Below are positions 56,304 through 64,000 of a stretch of 64,000 nt of DNA, one piece after another. The position numbers and the translations under genes were made by a program. The notes under the pieces were generated by a model. That model was not told the origin of the DNA. It saw only the letters and a list, made by a program, of their open reading frames with translations, and did not search any database. The stretch's first letter is position 1, and every line of letters begins with the position of its first letter. The DNA lies in contig CAMYIJ010000013.1 in assembly GCA_947258375.1 (NCBI GenBank), forward strand, positions 6,171 through 70,170. The letters are read 5' to 3'. The stretch is from an uncultured Acidimicrobiaceae bacterium. GTDB lineage: Bacteria; Actinomycetota; Acidimicrobiia; Spongiisociales; UBA5794.

Positions 56304-56405
56304 AGTCCGCTCCTCGATCACGGGAGCGAATGGTACGTTTCCGAATCTGACCTTGCATAATGCACGATTGGCAGCACGACAGCCGAGGCCGGGAGGCAGA
56401 TCCAG

Positions 56406-57617
56406 ATGACCGACGGCGAGCAACGGCATCCGCTCAGCGGCGTCCGGGTGGTTGAGTTCGCCAATCTCATCGCCGCGCCGTACTGCGGCATGCTCCTGGC
56501 CGATCTCGGTGCCGACGTCGTCAAGATCGAGCCGGCTTCGGGAGATCTGGGGCGGGCGTTCGGTCCCTACGTCGATGGCGTCAGCTACTACTTCGCGGCG
56601 ATCAACCGCGGCAAGCGCAGCGTGGTGATCAATCCGCGGGACGAGCGGTCGGCCCCCTGGGTCCGCCGCCTGTGCCGGGAGGCAGACGTACTGGTCCACA
56701 ACCTCCGGCATGGAGCGATGGATCGCATCGGTCTGGCGTATGAGGATCTGGTCGCCACCAACCCGGGGCTGATCTACGCCGAGGTCTCGGCATTTGGCAG
56801 CTCCGGGCCTGATGCCGCCCGGCCGGGAATCGACATCATCTTTCAAGGCGAGTCCGGGATGATGAGCATCACCGGCTCCCCCGGCTCCGGGATCGGTAAA
56901 ACCGCGACGACGGTCGGCGACTATCTGGCGGGGACCAACGCGGCGCTCGCAGTCTCGGCGGCACTCGCCGGGCGGGCGACCAGCGGCCGCGGCACGAAGA
57001 TCGAGGTGTCGTTGCGTGACGGCCTCATCGCTATCCAGTCAACGTGGAATGCCATGTACTTCGCTTCGGGCGAGCAGCCGGGCCGAATTGGAACGGCTTC
57101 GTGGTTCACGGCGCCCACAGATACGTTCGCGACGGCCGACGGCCACCTGACCCTCGCCATCGTGAGCGATCGCCACTTCGAGATCCTGTGCGAGGAGCTC
57201 GGGCTCGATATCGCCGACGATGCTCGCTACGTCAGCAACGAATCACGCGTCGAACATCGGGACTCGCTGCGCCTCGCCGTTGCCGCCGCCTTCGCCGAGG
57301 AATCGACGGAGGTGTGGATCGCGCGACTCCACGCCAGGGGGCTGCCCGCCGGCCGCATCATGGAGATCAGCGACGTGTTTGCCGATCCTCAAGTGCAGCA
57401 CAATCAGATGCAGGCGACCACCACACTCGACGGTGGTCAGGAGGTGCCGATCACCGGTTCACCGCTGCGGATAGACGGGGGCCCGGCGCTCGCCGATCGC
57501 CCTCCGCCCGGCCTGGGAGCCCACACCGGCGAAGTCCTCGCCGAGCTGGGAGCCGGCCCGGCCGAGATCGCCGAGTTGGTGACGGCCGGCCTGGCCGTGA
57601 TCGCCGAATCGCCTTAG
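56406..57617 (+). CDS. Family III CoA-transferase (CaiB/BaiF family)
   Basis: ...VRVVEFANLIAAPYCGMLLADLGADVVKIE... N-terminus and catalytic Asp region typical of the family. Confidence 0.9.
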   Translation: MTDGEQRHPLSGVRVVEFANLIAAPYCGMLLADLGADVVKIEPASGDLGRAFGPYVDGVSYYFAAINRGKRSVVINPRDERSAPWVRRLCREADVLVHNLRHGAMDRIGLAYEDLVATNPGLIYAEVSAFGSSGPDAARPGIDIIFQGESGMMSITGSPGSGIGKTATTVGDYLAGTNAALAVSAALAGRATSGRGTKIEVSLRDGLIAIQSTWNAMYFASGEQPGRIGTASWFTAPTDTFATADGHLTLAIVSDRHFEILCEELGLDIADDARYVSNESRVEHRDSLRLAVAAAFAEESTEVWIARLHARGLPAGRIMEISDVFADPQVQHNQMQATTTLDGGQEVPITGSPLRIDGGPALADRPPPGLGAHTGEVLAELGAGPAEIAELVTAGLAVIAESP

Positions 57618-57630
57618 CCCCTCCCTTGCT

Positions 57631-58710
57631 TCAGCCGGCGATCGTGTCCGGTTCGATGCCGAGACCGGGAGCCGTCGGGACCGGGAACATGCCGTCCTCG
57701 ATCCGCAGCGGGTTCGAGGTGACATCGTCGCTCAGTCCCTGGTTGGCGGGACTGCACCCGAACTCGATGGCCTTCATGGCAGCCGCACAGTGGACGTTGG
57801 CCGCGGCGGCGACACTCGATTCGGCGATCTTGCCGGAGAGGTTCACAGCCAGACCGACCGACTCGCAGATCGCGGCGCCGCGCATCACGCCGGTGATCCC
57901 GCCCAGCTTGACGAGTTTCAGGCTGACGCCGGCGACGCCCGAATGGCCGAAGGCGAGAATATCGGCGAAGGAGTCCACACTCTGGTCGGCGCACACCGGG
58001 ATCGGGGACGACCGGGCGATCCGGATCATCGCGTTGTGATCCCCTTTGGCGATGGGCTGCTCGACAAACTGCACGTCGAGCCCGTCGAGCGCCCCGAGAA
58101 AGCGGACCGACTGTGGCTCACTCCAACCCTGGTTGGCATCGCCGCAGAGGACGGCATCCGGCGGCAGCTGGCTGCGGATACCGCGCATCGTCGCGAGCTC
58201 GTCGTCGAGTTCTCCGATGCCGAGCTTCACCTTGATCCAGCGGAAGCCGGCGTCGTATTTGGCAACGGCGGCGGCAACATCGGCTTCCGGGTTGCCACTG
58301 CCCACCATCGTCAACGCCGGCACCAGATCACGGACCTTGCCGCCGAGCAACTCGTACACCGGCACACCGAAGGCTTTGCCGGCCAGGTCGTACAGCGCCA
58401 TGTCGATGGCGCCGATCGCAGTTTCGTTGGCGGAGATCATCTTCTTCATCGCCCACCACAGCGCGGCGCGGCGCAAGGGATCTTCACCCACCAGGCGGGG
58501 ACCGATGAAGTCAACGGCGGCGCGGATACTGTCCTGGGTGTCCCCGGTTATATCGGTTGCCTCGACGCCTTCGCCCCAGCCGACGATGCCGTCATCGGAA
58601 GTGACCTTGACGAGAACATTCTGGGAGCGTTCCACCGTGATGTGTGACATGACGATTGGCTTGGCCAGCGGCACCGTCACGGGAATGGCCTCAACGCTGA
58701 CGATCTTCAT
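57631..58710 (-). CDS. Enolase-superfamily enzyme (mandelate racemase / muconate lactonizing enzyme family)
   Basis: GGAGG RBS; KVKLG (Lys-x-Lys), DANQGW and metal-ligand Asp/Glu spacing of MR/MLE enzymes. Confidence 0.9.
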   Translation of the reverse strand: MKIVSVEAIPVTVPLAKPIVMSHITVERSQNVLVKVTSDDGIVGWGEGVEATDITGDTQDSIRAAVDFIGPRLVGEDPLRRAALWWAMKKMISANETAIGAIDMALYDLAGKAFGVPVYELLGGKVRDLVPALTMVGSGNPEADVAAAVAKYDAGFRWIKVKLGIGELDDELATMRGIRSQLPPDAVLCGDANQGWSEPQSVRFLGALDGLDVQFVEQPIAKGDHNAMIRIARSSPIPVCADQSVDSFADILAFGHSGVAGVSLKLVKLGGITGVMRGAAICESVGLAVNLSGKIAESSVAAAANVHCAAAMKAIEFGCSPANQGLSDDVTSNPLRIEDGMFPVPTAPGLGIEPDTIAG

Positions 58711-58720
58711 GATCTCCTCC

Positions 58721-58771
58721 GCATGGTCCCAGCCTGCATGGTCCGATCCTGCATGGTCCGATCCTGCATCC
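58721..58771. repeat. 3.4 tandem copies of a 15-nt unit (gcatggtccgatcct) in the divergent promoter region
   Basis: gcatggtcccagcct / gcatggtccgatcct / gcatggtccgatcct / gcatcc; begins immediately upstream of the enolase-family gene RBS and 43 nt upstream of the DctP-like gene start. Confidence 0.7.
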
Positions 58772-58813
58772 TATATGATTGCCGTCGGGTCGAGGAAGTG
58801 AGCACGCAGTTCT

Positions 58814-60133
58814 ATGGCAACGATGCCAATACGGGTCGGCGGCTATGGGCCACCGGACACCCCCCACAGCCGTGCCCTCGACCACTTCGCAGCCACCATG
58901 GCGAGCCTCGTGGGCGACGCCGTCGAGGTCGAGATCCTCTACAACGTGATGGACTTGAACCGCCCGATCACCGATCTCTTCTCGATGGTGCGTGAAGGCG
59001 AGCTGACCTGGTGCTACTTCTCGACCTCATACCTCGGCCATCCCCTCGCCGATGCCATCGAGATCCCCTTCCTGTTCGACACTCTCGGCGAAGCGCACCG
59101 GGCACTCGACGGCCGGTTCGGAACGGCGGTAGCCGACGGGATCCGCGCCGACCACGGCTTCGAGATGCTCGGATTCTGGGACAACGGATTCCGCCATCTC
59201 ACCAACGCCGTCCGGCCCATCGCCACCCCCGACGATTGTGCCGGTCTGACGATCCGGGTTCAGCCGAATCCCGTTCACATCGCATTGAGCGAAGCGTGGG
59301 GAATGCACCCGGTCGGAGTCGGCCTGAACCGGGGCATCGAGATGATCGCCGCCGGCGAAGTCGATGCCCAGGAAAACCCCCTGGCCAATACCCATGCATA
59401 TGGCGTCGACCATCCCTACATCACCATGACGGGACACTTGTACGGCGCCCGGGGGCTGTTTGCCGACGCCGCTCGCATGGAGGCCATGCCGGCCGATCTG
59501 GCCGCAGCGGTGCGGACCGCGGCGCGGGCGGCGGTGGAGTTCCAGCGGGCGGCGGCCGCCGACTACGAGCTGGAACTCCAGGAGAGGTTCGCCGCGGAGG
59601 GCCGCCACATAGTCGTTCCGAGCCCCGCGCAACGCGCGATGTTCCGTGACGCCGCAGCTGAGGTGGTCGACACGGCGGTCGCCACCGTCGACGAGGATGT
59701 TTTTGCACTACTGGAAAACGCAACGCTCGAGGGAGGTATAACGATGGCAAAGTTGATCGAGTTCGCCGCGGCGCCGCGCGTTGAGAGAGGTGATGGCATC
59801 ACCAGCGTGCGGCTCACCGATCCACCGCTCGAGGGGCAGAATTTCGTCATGGGAATCACCAGCTTCCCGCCGGGAGGCGAACTCCCCCTCCATTCGCACA
59901 ACACCGTTGAGCAGGTCACGGTGCTGGCGGGCACGGGGATTGCAGAGCTCAACGGCGAGCAATACCGTGCGGTGCCCTTCGACACCACCCACATCCCGGC
60001 CGGCGAGTTTCACCGCTTCATCAACGACGGCGACACCGACATGACGATTCTCTGGGTGTACGGCGATACCCAACCCACCCGCACCTGGGCGGCGACCGGC
60101 GAGACCGTTGATCAATTCGTCCGCCCCACATGA
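58814..60133 (+). CDS. TRAP-type DctP-like solute-binding domain (no signal peptide) fused in-frame to a C-terminal cupin domain
   Basis: Residues 1-310 match the DctP family (WDNGFRHLTN...GEVDAQENP); an in-frame TGA 15 nt upstream excludes a longer N-terminus. Residues 311-439 form a cupin (...HSHNTVEQVTVLAGTG...). An internal GGAGG RBS precedes Met311 (59744), so the cupin could also be expressed alone. Confidence 0.7.
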   Translation: MATMPIRVGGYGPPDTPHSRALDHFAATMASLVGDAVEVEILYNVMDLNRPITDLFSMVREGELTWCYFSTSYLGHPLADAIEIPFLFDTLGEAHRALDGRFGTAVADGIRADHGFEMLGFWDNGFRHLTNAVRPIATPDDCAGLTIRVQPNPVHIALSEAWGMHPVGVGLNRGIEMIAAGEVDAQENPLANTHAYGVDHPYITMTGHLYGARGLFADAARMEAMPADLAAAVRTAARAAVEFQRAAAADYELELQERFAAEGRHIVVPSPAQRAMFRDAAAEVVDTAVATVDEDVFALLENATLEGGITMAKLIEFAAAPRVERGDGITSVRLTDPPLEGQNFVMGITSFPPGGELPLHSHNTVEQVTVLAGTGIAELNGEQYRAVPFDTTHIPAGEFHRFINDGDTDMTILWVYGDTQPTRTWAATGETVDQFVRPT

Positions 60134-61224
60134 CTGAGACCCGCATCCAGATCGGTCGGCTCGAAGGCTTCGCAGCCGCGATTCTCGGCGGTTTCGGAGT
60201 ACAGGACGACCATGCCGCGATCACCGCGCGGCGGCTCGTAGAGGCCGACGCCCGGGGCCGGACCGGGCATGGCCTCATCCGCCTCAGTCCCTATGTCGAT
60301 CGGATCGAAGCCGGCGGGCTCAACCTCTCGCCGAACATACGGGCGCTCCACGAAACCCCGGTGTCTGCTCTGATCGACGGAGACAATGGGCTCGGCCAGG
60401 TCGTGATGACCCGGGCGACGGAGCTGGCGATAGCCAAGGCCGAGACCAGCGGCCTTGCCTGGGTCGGGACGGTCCACTCCAACCACGCCGGCGCCGCCGG
60501 GATCTATCCGGCGATGGCCGCCGACCGCGGACTGATAGGCATGTACCTGGCCGTGGCCAACGCCAACGGCATGCCGCCGTGGGGAGGGACCGAACGAGTT
60601 CTCGGCACCAACCCGATCGCCTTTGCGATTCCGGCGGGCGCCACCGACCGCTTCGAGCTCGACATCGCGACGACGGTGGCCTCGCACGGCACGATCAAGG
60701 TCGTCGCCCAGGCGGGCGAACAGATGCCGGAAGGCTGGGTGATCGATGCCGCCGGCAACTCGATCACCGACCCGAAGCGAGCCCACGAAGGCTCTCTGAT
60801 GCCCATCGGTGGATACAAGGGGGCCGGACTCAACATCGCCATCGGGCTGCTGGCCGGCGTGCTCAACGGCAGCGCTTTTGGCAAGTCGGTGATCGACCAC
60901 CGGGTTCAAATGGACATCCCGACCAACACGGGCCAGGCCATCCTGGTGATGCGGCTCGATCTCTTCATGGCGCGCGACGAGATCGAAGCGGCCATGCGGG
61001 CCAAGCTCGACGAGCTGCGCAACACGGGCGCCGACGGCGGCCGCATCCAACTCCCCGGTGAGCGGGCCGCGGCGCGGATTGCCGACAACACTGCGAACGG
61101 GGTGCCGTTGCCGGAGCCGCTACGACTCCAACTGAACGAGCTCGCCGGGCGCGCCGGGATGACGGACACGCTCGGCCAGGAGGGCCCGTCGGGCGCTACC
61201 CGTCCCGCAGTGGGGCAACGGTGA
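60130..61224 (+). CDS. Ldh_2 family oxidoreductase (malate / L-lactate / sulfolactate dehydrogenase type 2)
   Basis: ...GRTGHGLIRL... and ...HSNHAGAAG... signatures; the start overlaps the upstream stop (ATGA). Confidence 0.85.
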   Translation: MTETRIQIGRLEGFAAAILGGFGVQDDHAAITARRLVEADARGRTGHGLIRLSPYVDRIEAGGLNLSPNIRALHETPVSALIDGDNGLGQVVMTRATELAIAKAETSGLAWVGTVHSNHAGAAGIYPAMAADRGLIGMYLAVANANGMPPWGGTERVLGTNPIAFAIPAGATDRFELDIATTVASHGTIKVVAQAGEQMPEGWVIDAAGNSITDPKRAHEGSLMPIGGYKGAGLNIAIGLLAGVLNGSAFGKSVIDHRVQMDIPTNTGQAILVMRLDLFMARDEIEAAMRAKLDELRNTGADGGRIQLPGERAAARIADNTANGVPLPEPLRLQLNELAGRAGMTDTLGQEGPSGATRPAVGQR

Positions 61225-61948
61225 GCCGACCGGTCACCCCATGCGTGTCGATCAGGCTACCGACGAGCCCGGTCGCCTTGGCGTCCTCCACGAATGCGCT
61301 CAGGTACTCGATACCGGCGGGATCCCGATCCCGCGGGGTTCCCATCGCCTGCTGCACCGTCGTGAAGCTGGCCCCGAGCACGCGGGCGCCCGGGAGGCGG
61401 TCGACGTCGGCCATGAGCCGCGGCCTGAGACCGGCCAGGGCGTCGAGGCCATCTTCAACGAAGACGTCGAATGAAGCATCGGCGCCCACCACCCGGACGA
61501 GCTCGGCGTGCCGGATGTTGCCTTCGAGCCAGAGGTCGTAAGCGCTGCGAGCCGAGGTGGCGATTCGTTTGCCCGGCCGGTCAACCTCGTCCACGGAGCC
61601 CACTTCCGAACCAGCGGGCACCAGGTAGGTGCACTCGATCTCGCAGTATGCGGCTGTGAAGGCGATGTGTTCGGCCCGCTGCGGAGCGGCTCCGATGTTG
61701 CCGACGTCCCAGACCCCAGACCGGGCGGCATCGGCGAGCTCGCCCGGAGTAGCGAAGGGCACCAGCTCGATATCGACACCAAGGCTCTCGGCAAGGGCTC
61801 GACCCATGTCCGGTGAAACCCCATCGGGGTTGCCGGAATCGTCGGTGCCGGTGACAAGCAGGAAGTTGCGCATGTTGACGGCCACTCGAAGCGTGCCGGT
61901 AGGAGCCAGGGCCGCGACGGCGGCCTCACTCGGAATCGTACCCACCAT
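61196..61948 (-). CDS. Type 3 periplasmic-binding-protein-like (SBP_bac_3) domain protein without a recognisable signal peptide
   Basis: GAGGAG RBS; ...LRVAVNMRNF...PDMGRALAESLGVDIELV... matches the polar-amino-acid SBP fold. The track ORF N-terminus (to 62434) looks like noise. Confidence 0.6.
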   Translation of the reverse strand: MVGTIPSEAAVAALAPTGTLRVAVNMRNFLLVTGTDDSGNPDGVSPDMGRALAESLGVDIELVPFATPGELADAARSGVWDVGNIGAAPQRAEHIAFTAAYCEIECTYLVPAGSEVGSVDEVDRPGKRIATSARSAYDLWLEGNIRHAELVRVVGADASFDVFVEDGLDALAGLRPRLMADVDRLPGARVLGASFTTVQQAMGTPRDRDPAGIEYLSAFVEDAKATGLVGSLIDTHGVTGRLTVAPLRDG

Positions 61949-62186
61949 CGCTCGGATCTCCTCGACGTTCCACGAATCGGCAACATAGCCGACCGGACCA
62001 ACCGAGATCGCTAGCGGGCGCCGCCGTCGTTTCCCTCGACGCCCGTTAGGCGAGGGACACCATCCCACGGCACCAGTTTTCCCCGCAGCAGCGAAGTCTG
62101 ACAAGATATAGGATCCAACGAGCTGACGAGAGGAACCCATTGAAGACTGCATCCGCCTTCTGTCCCGCGCACCGAAGTGGGCTGCG

Positions 62187-63062
62187 ATGAAGCTGGTGAC
62201 TTTCGAGAGCTCTTCGGCTACAGGAATCGGCGTACTTCTCGACGATGGCTCGGTGGTCGATCTCGCCGCCGACGCCTCCCTACCGAAGACAATGGTCGAC
62301 TTCGTCGCTCTCGGCGACGACGGCCTTACTTCGGCCGCCGCGGTCGTCGCCGCCGGCGCCCCCATTCCGGCTGCCGAAGTGAGCCTCCGGGCGCCGATCA
62401 AGCCGCACAACAACGTGATGGCCGTCGGACGCAACTACCACGAGCACGCCAAGGAGTTCACCGAATCCGGGTTCGACGCGTCCGAGAAGAAGATGATCCC
62501 CGACCATCCCATCATCTTCACCAAAGCCCTGTCGTCGATCATCGGGCCGGGTGACGCCATCGTCGCGGCCAACGATCCCCTGGGCACGCCCGACTACGAG
62601 GGCGAGCTCGGGGTGGTCATCGGTCCCGGCGGTCATCGCATCGCCGCCGCCGACGCGTGGAACCACGTCTACGGCTACACGATCGTCAACGATGTCACTG
62701 CTCGCGAGCTCCAGAAGCAGCACGTTCAGTTCTTCATCGGCAAGAGCCCGGCGACGTTCTGTCCGATGGGACCGGCGATCATCACCAGGGACGAGATCCC
62801 CGACATAACCCGGGCGGTCCTGCGCACGGTGGTCAATGGCGAGTTGCGCCAGGAATCGGCCATCTCGCTGCTGATCTTCGACATCCCGACACTGATCGAG
62901 GCGATCTCGGCGGCCGTGATGCTCGAACCGGGTGACGTGCTCGCCACCGGTACGCCCGTCGGTGTCGGTTTCGGGTTCGACCCACCTCGTTGGCTGCAGC
63001 CGGGTGACACGGTCGAGGTCTCAGTGGACGGCCTGGGCACCCTCAGCAACCCCATAGCCTGA
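62187..63062 (+). CDS. Fumarylacetoacetate hydrolase (FAH) family protein
   Basis: AVGRNYHEHAKE and GTPVG motifs of the FAH family (2-keto-4-pentenoate hydratase-like). Confidence 0.9.
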   Translation: MKLVTFESSSATGIGVLLDDGSVVDLAADASLPKTMVDFVALGDDGLTSAAAVVAAGAPIPAAEVSLRAPIKPHNNVMAVGRNYHEHAKEFTESGFDASEKKMIPDHPIIFTKALSSIIGPGDAIVAANDPLGTPDYEGELGVVIGPGGHRIAAADAWNHVYGYTIVNDVTARELQKQHVQFFIGKSPATFCPMGPAIITRDEIPDITRAVLRTVVNGELRQESAISLLIFDIPTLIEAISAAVMLEPGDVLATGTPVGVGFGFDPPRWLQPGDTVEVSVDGLGTLSNPIA

Positions 63063-63065
63063 AAG

Positions 63066-64000
63066 GTGATCGTCGAGGTCATCGCAGTAGGCACCGAGCT
63101 GTTGATTGGACAGATCATCAACTCGAATACGGCCGCCATCGGCTCGCGCCTCGCCGCGGAGGGCTTCGACGCGCACTACCAGGTGACGGTGGGTGACAAT
63201 CTGGATCGGCTGGCGGATGCGATTCGGACCGCGCTCGACCGGGCCGACGCGGTGGTCATGACCGGCGGCATCGGGCCCACCCAAGACGACATGACCCGGG
63301 AGGCGATCTGCGAACTGACCGGAGCCGCCATGGTTCGCGACGCGGACCACGCCGCGATGATTCACGACCGTTTGCTGAAGACCCGCGGCTACGTCGCCGA
63401 GAACACGCTGCGAATGGCCGACTACCCGGCCGGCGCCGAACCGTTGCCCAATCGGACCGGGGTGGCCCTCGGCGTTGCGATGCCGCACCACGGCAAGTGG
63501 ATCTTCGCCCTGCCGGGCGTGCCCACGGAGATGATCCCGATGCTCGAAGAGCAGGTGCTGCCGCGTCTCCGGGAAGCCTCGGGTGAGCCGGCGGTGCTGA
63601 AGAGTCGGGTCATCCGCACCTGGGGCTACGGCGAGTCGCAGGTGGCCGAGATCCTCGACGACCTCTACGAGTCGACCAACCCTTCACTGGCATTCCTGAT
63701 CAATGCGTCCGAAGTGCGGATCCGCATCAGCGCCAAAGCGGCGACGGGAGAGGCGGCCCAGGCGATGATTGGCGGGATGGAGGACATCATCGTGGAACGG
63801 CTCGGTGAAGCTGTATTCGCCTACGACGACGACGTGATCGAGACGCTCGTGGTGCGTTTGCTCGGCGACCGCGGTTGGCGGATGGCGACGGTCGAAACTT
63901 CGACCCTGGGCATGGTGGCCGGCCGGATCGCGGCGACCCCCGGCGGGGACGCCGTGTTCGCCGGCGCCCGGGTCCTGCCCGCTGCCGGCGCCCCGGCCGA
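63066..64000 (+). CDS. cinA: CinA family protein (MoaB/MogA-like N-terminal domain), 5' part; continues past the window end
   Basis: GTG start; VIVEVIAVGTELLIGQIINSNTAAIG...MTGGIGPTQDD typical of CinA. Open to position 64000. Confidence 0.7.
   Translation, partial: MIVEVIAVGTELLIGQIINSNTAAIGSRLAAEGFDAHYQVTVGDNLDRLADAIRTALDRADAVVMTGGIGPTQDDMTREAICELTGAAMVRDADHAAMIHDRLLKTRGYVAENTLRMADYPAGAEPLPNRTGVALGVAMPHHGKWIFALPGVPTEMIPMLEEQVLPRLREASGEPAVLKSRVIRTWGYGESQVAEILDDLYESTNPSLAFLINASEVRIRISAKAATGEAAQAMIGGMEDIIVERLGEAVFAYDDDVIETLVVRLLGDRGWRMATVETSTLGMVAGRIAATPGGDAVFAGARVLPAAGAPA

Noticed and set aside
1-64000. tRNA, rRNA, CRISPR, IS/transposase, integrase, phage or toxin-antitoxin signatures
   Set aside because: I looked for T-loop-like GGTTCGAAT motifs, regularly spaced repeats, and transposase / integrase-like ORFs and found none. 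The few GGTTCGA matches (45017, 50541) lie inside a terminator hairpin and a promoter region and lack acceptor / anticodon arm context.

Overview
This is a high-GC (roughly 65-70%) actinobacterial-type chromosomal segment carrying about 65 protein-coding genes. I found no rRNA, tRNA, CRISPR array, IS element or transposase by eye. Many long ORFs in the six-frame track are antisense 'shadow' ORFs typical of high-GC DNA, so I called genes from recognisable protein families, RBS placement and start/stop coupling.

On the minus strand at 3000-7863 a tightly coupled operon reads: group II PLP decarboxylase, FdhD, acidic hypothetical, GNAT, and two SDRs. At 11883-15714 an ECF sigma factor is translationally coupled to an MGMT plus Ada-type zinc domain protein, followed by an Mrr-like zinc-ribbon protein, a Tam methyltransferase and an acyltransferase. 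At 23055-25686 lie NAD kinase, NAD(P)HX epimerase, a DUF1059 protein and a HAD hydrolase. A giant thioester-less alpha-2-macroglobulin occupies 27636-33770. An ArsC, MauE-like and thioredoxin-like redox module sits at 41655-43168. A B12-binding radical SAM gene coupled to a GNAT lies at 50573-52965. A hydroxy-acid / amino-acid catabolic cluster runs from 53624 to the end: SDR, HIBADH-like, MocA, CoA-transferase, enolase-superfamily enzyme, DctP-cupin fusion, Ldh_2, FAH and CinA.

The two most notable observations are these. First, an OsmC/YhfA-family gene at 53104-53574 has an in-frame TGA exactly at the catalytic-cysteine position, which makes it a candidate selenoprotein. Second, a conserved element of about 60 nt, an 18-bp perfect palindrome with an asymmetric conserved 20-nt spacer, occurs upstream of that gene and again upstream of the DUF1059 gene, with a related third copy upstream of the NAD(P)HX epimerase. 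It may be a novel cis-regulatory motif for an oxidative-damage / repair regulon.
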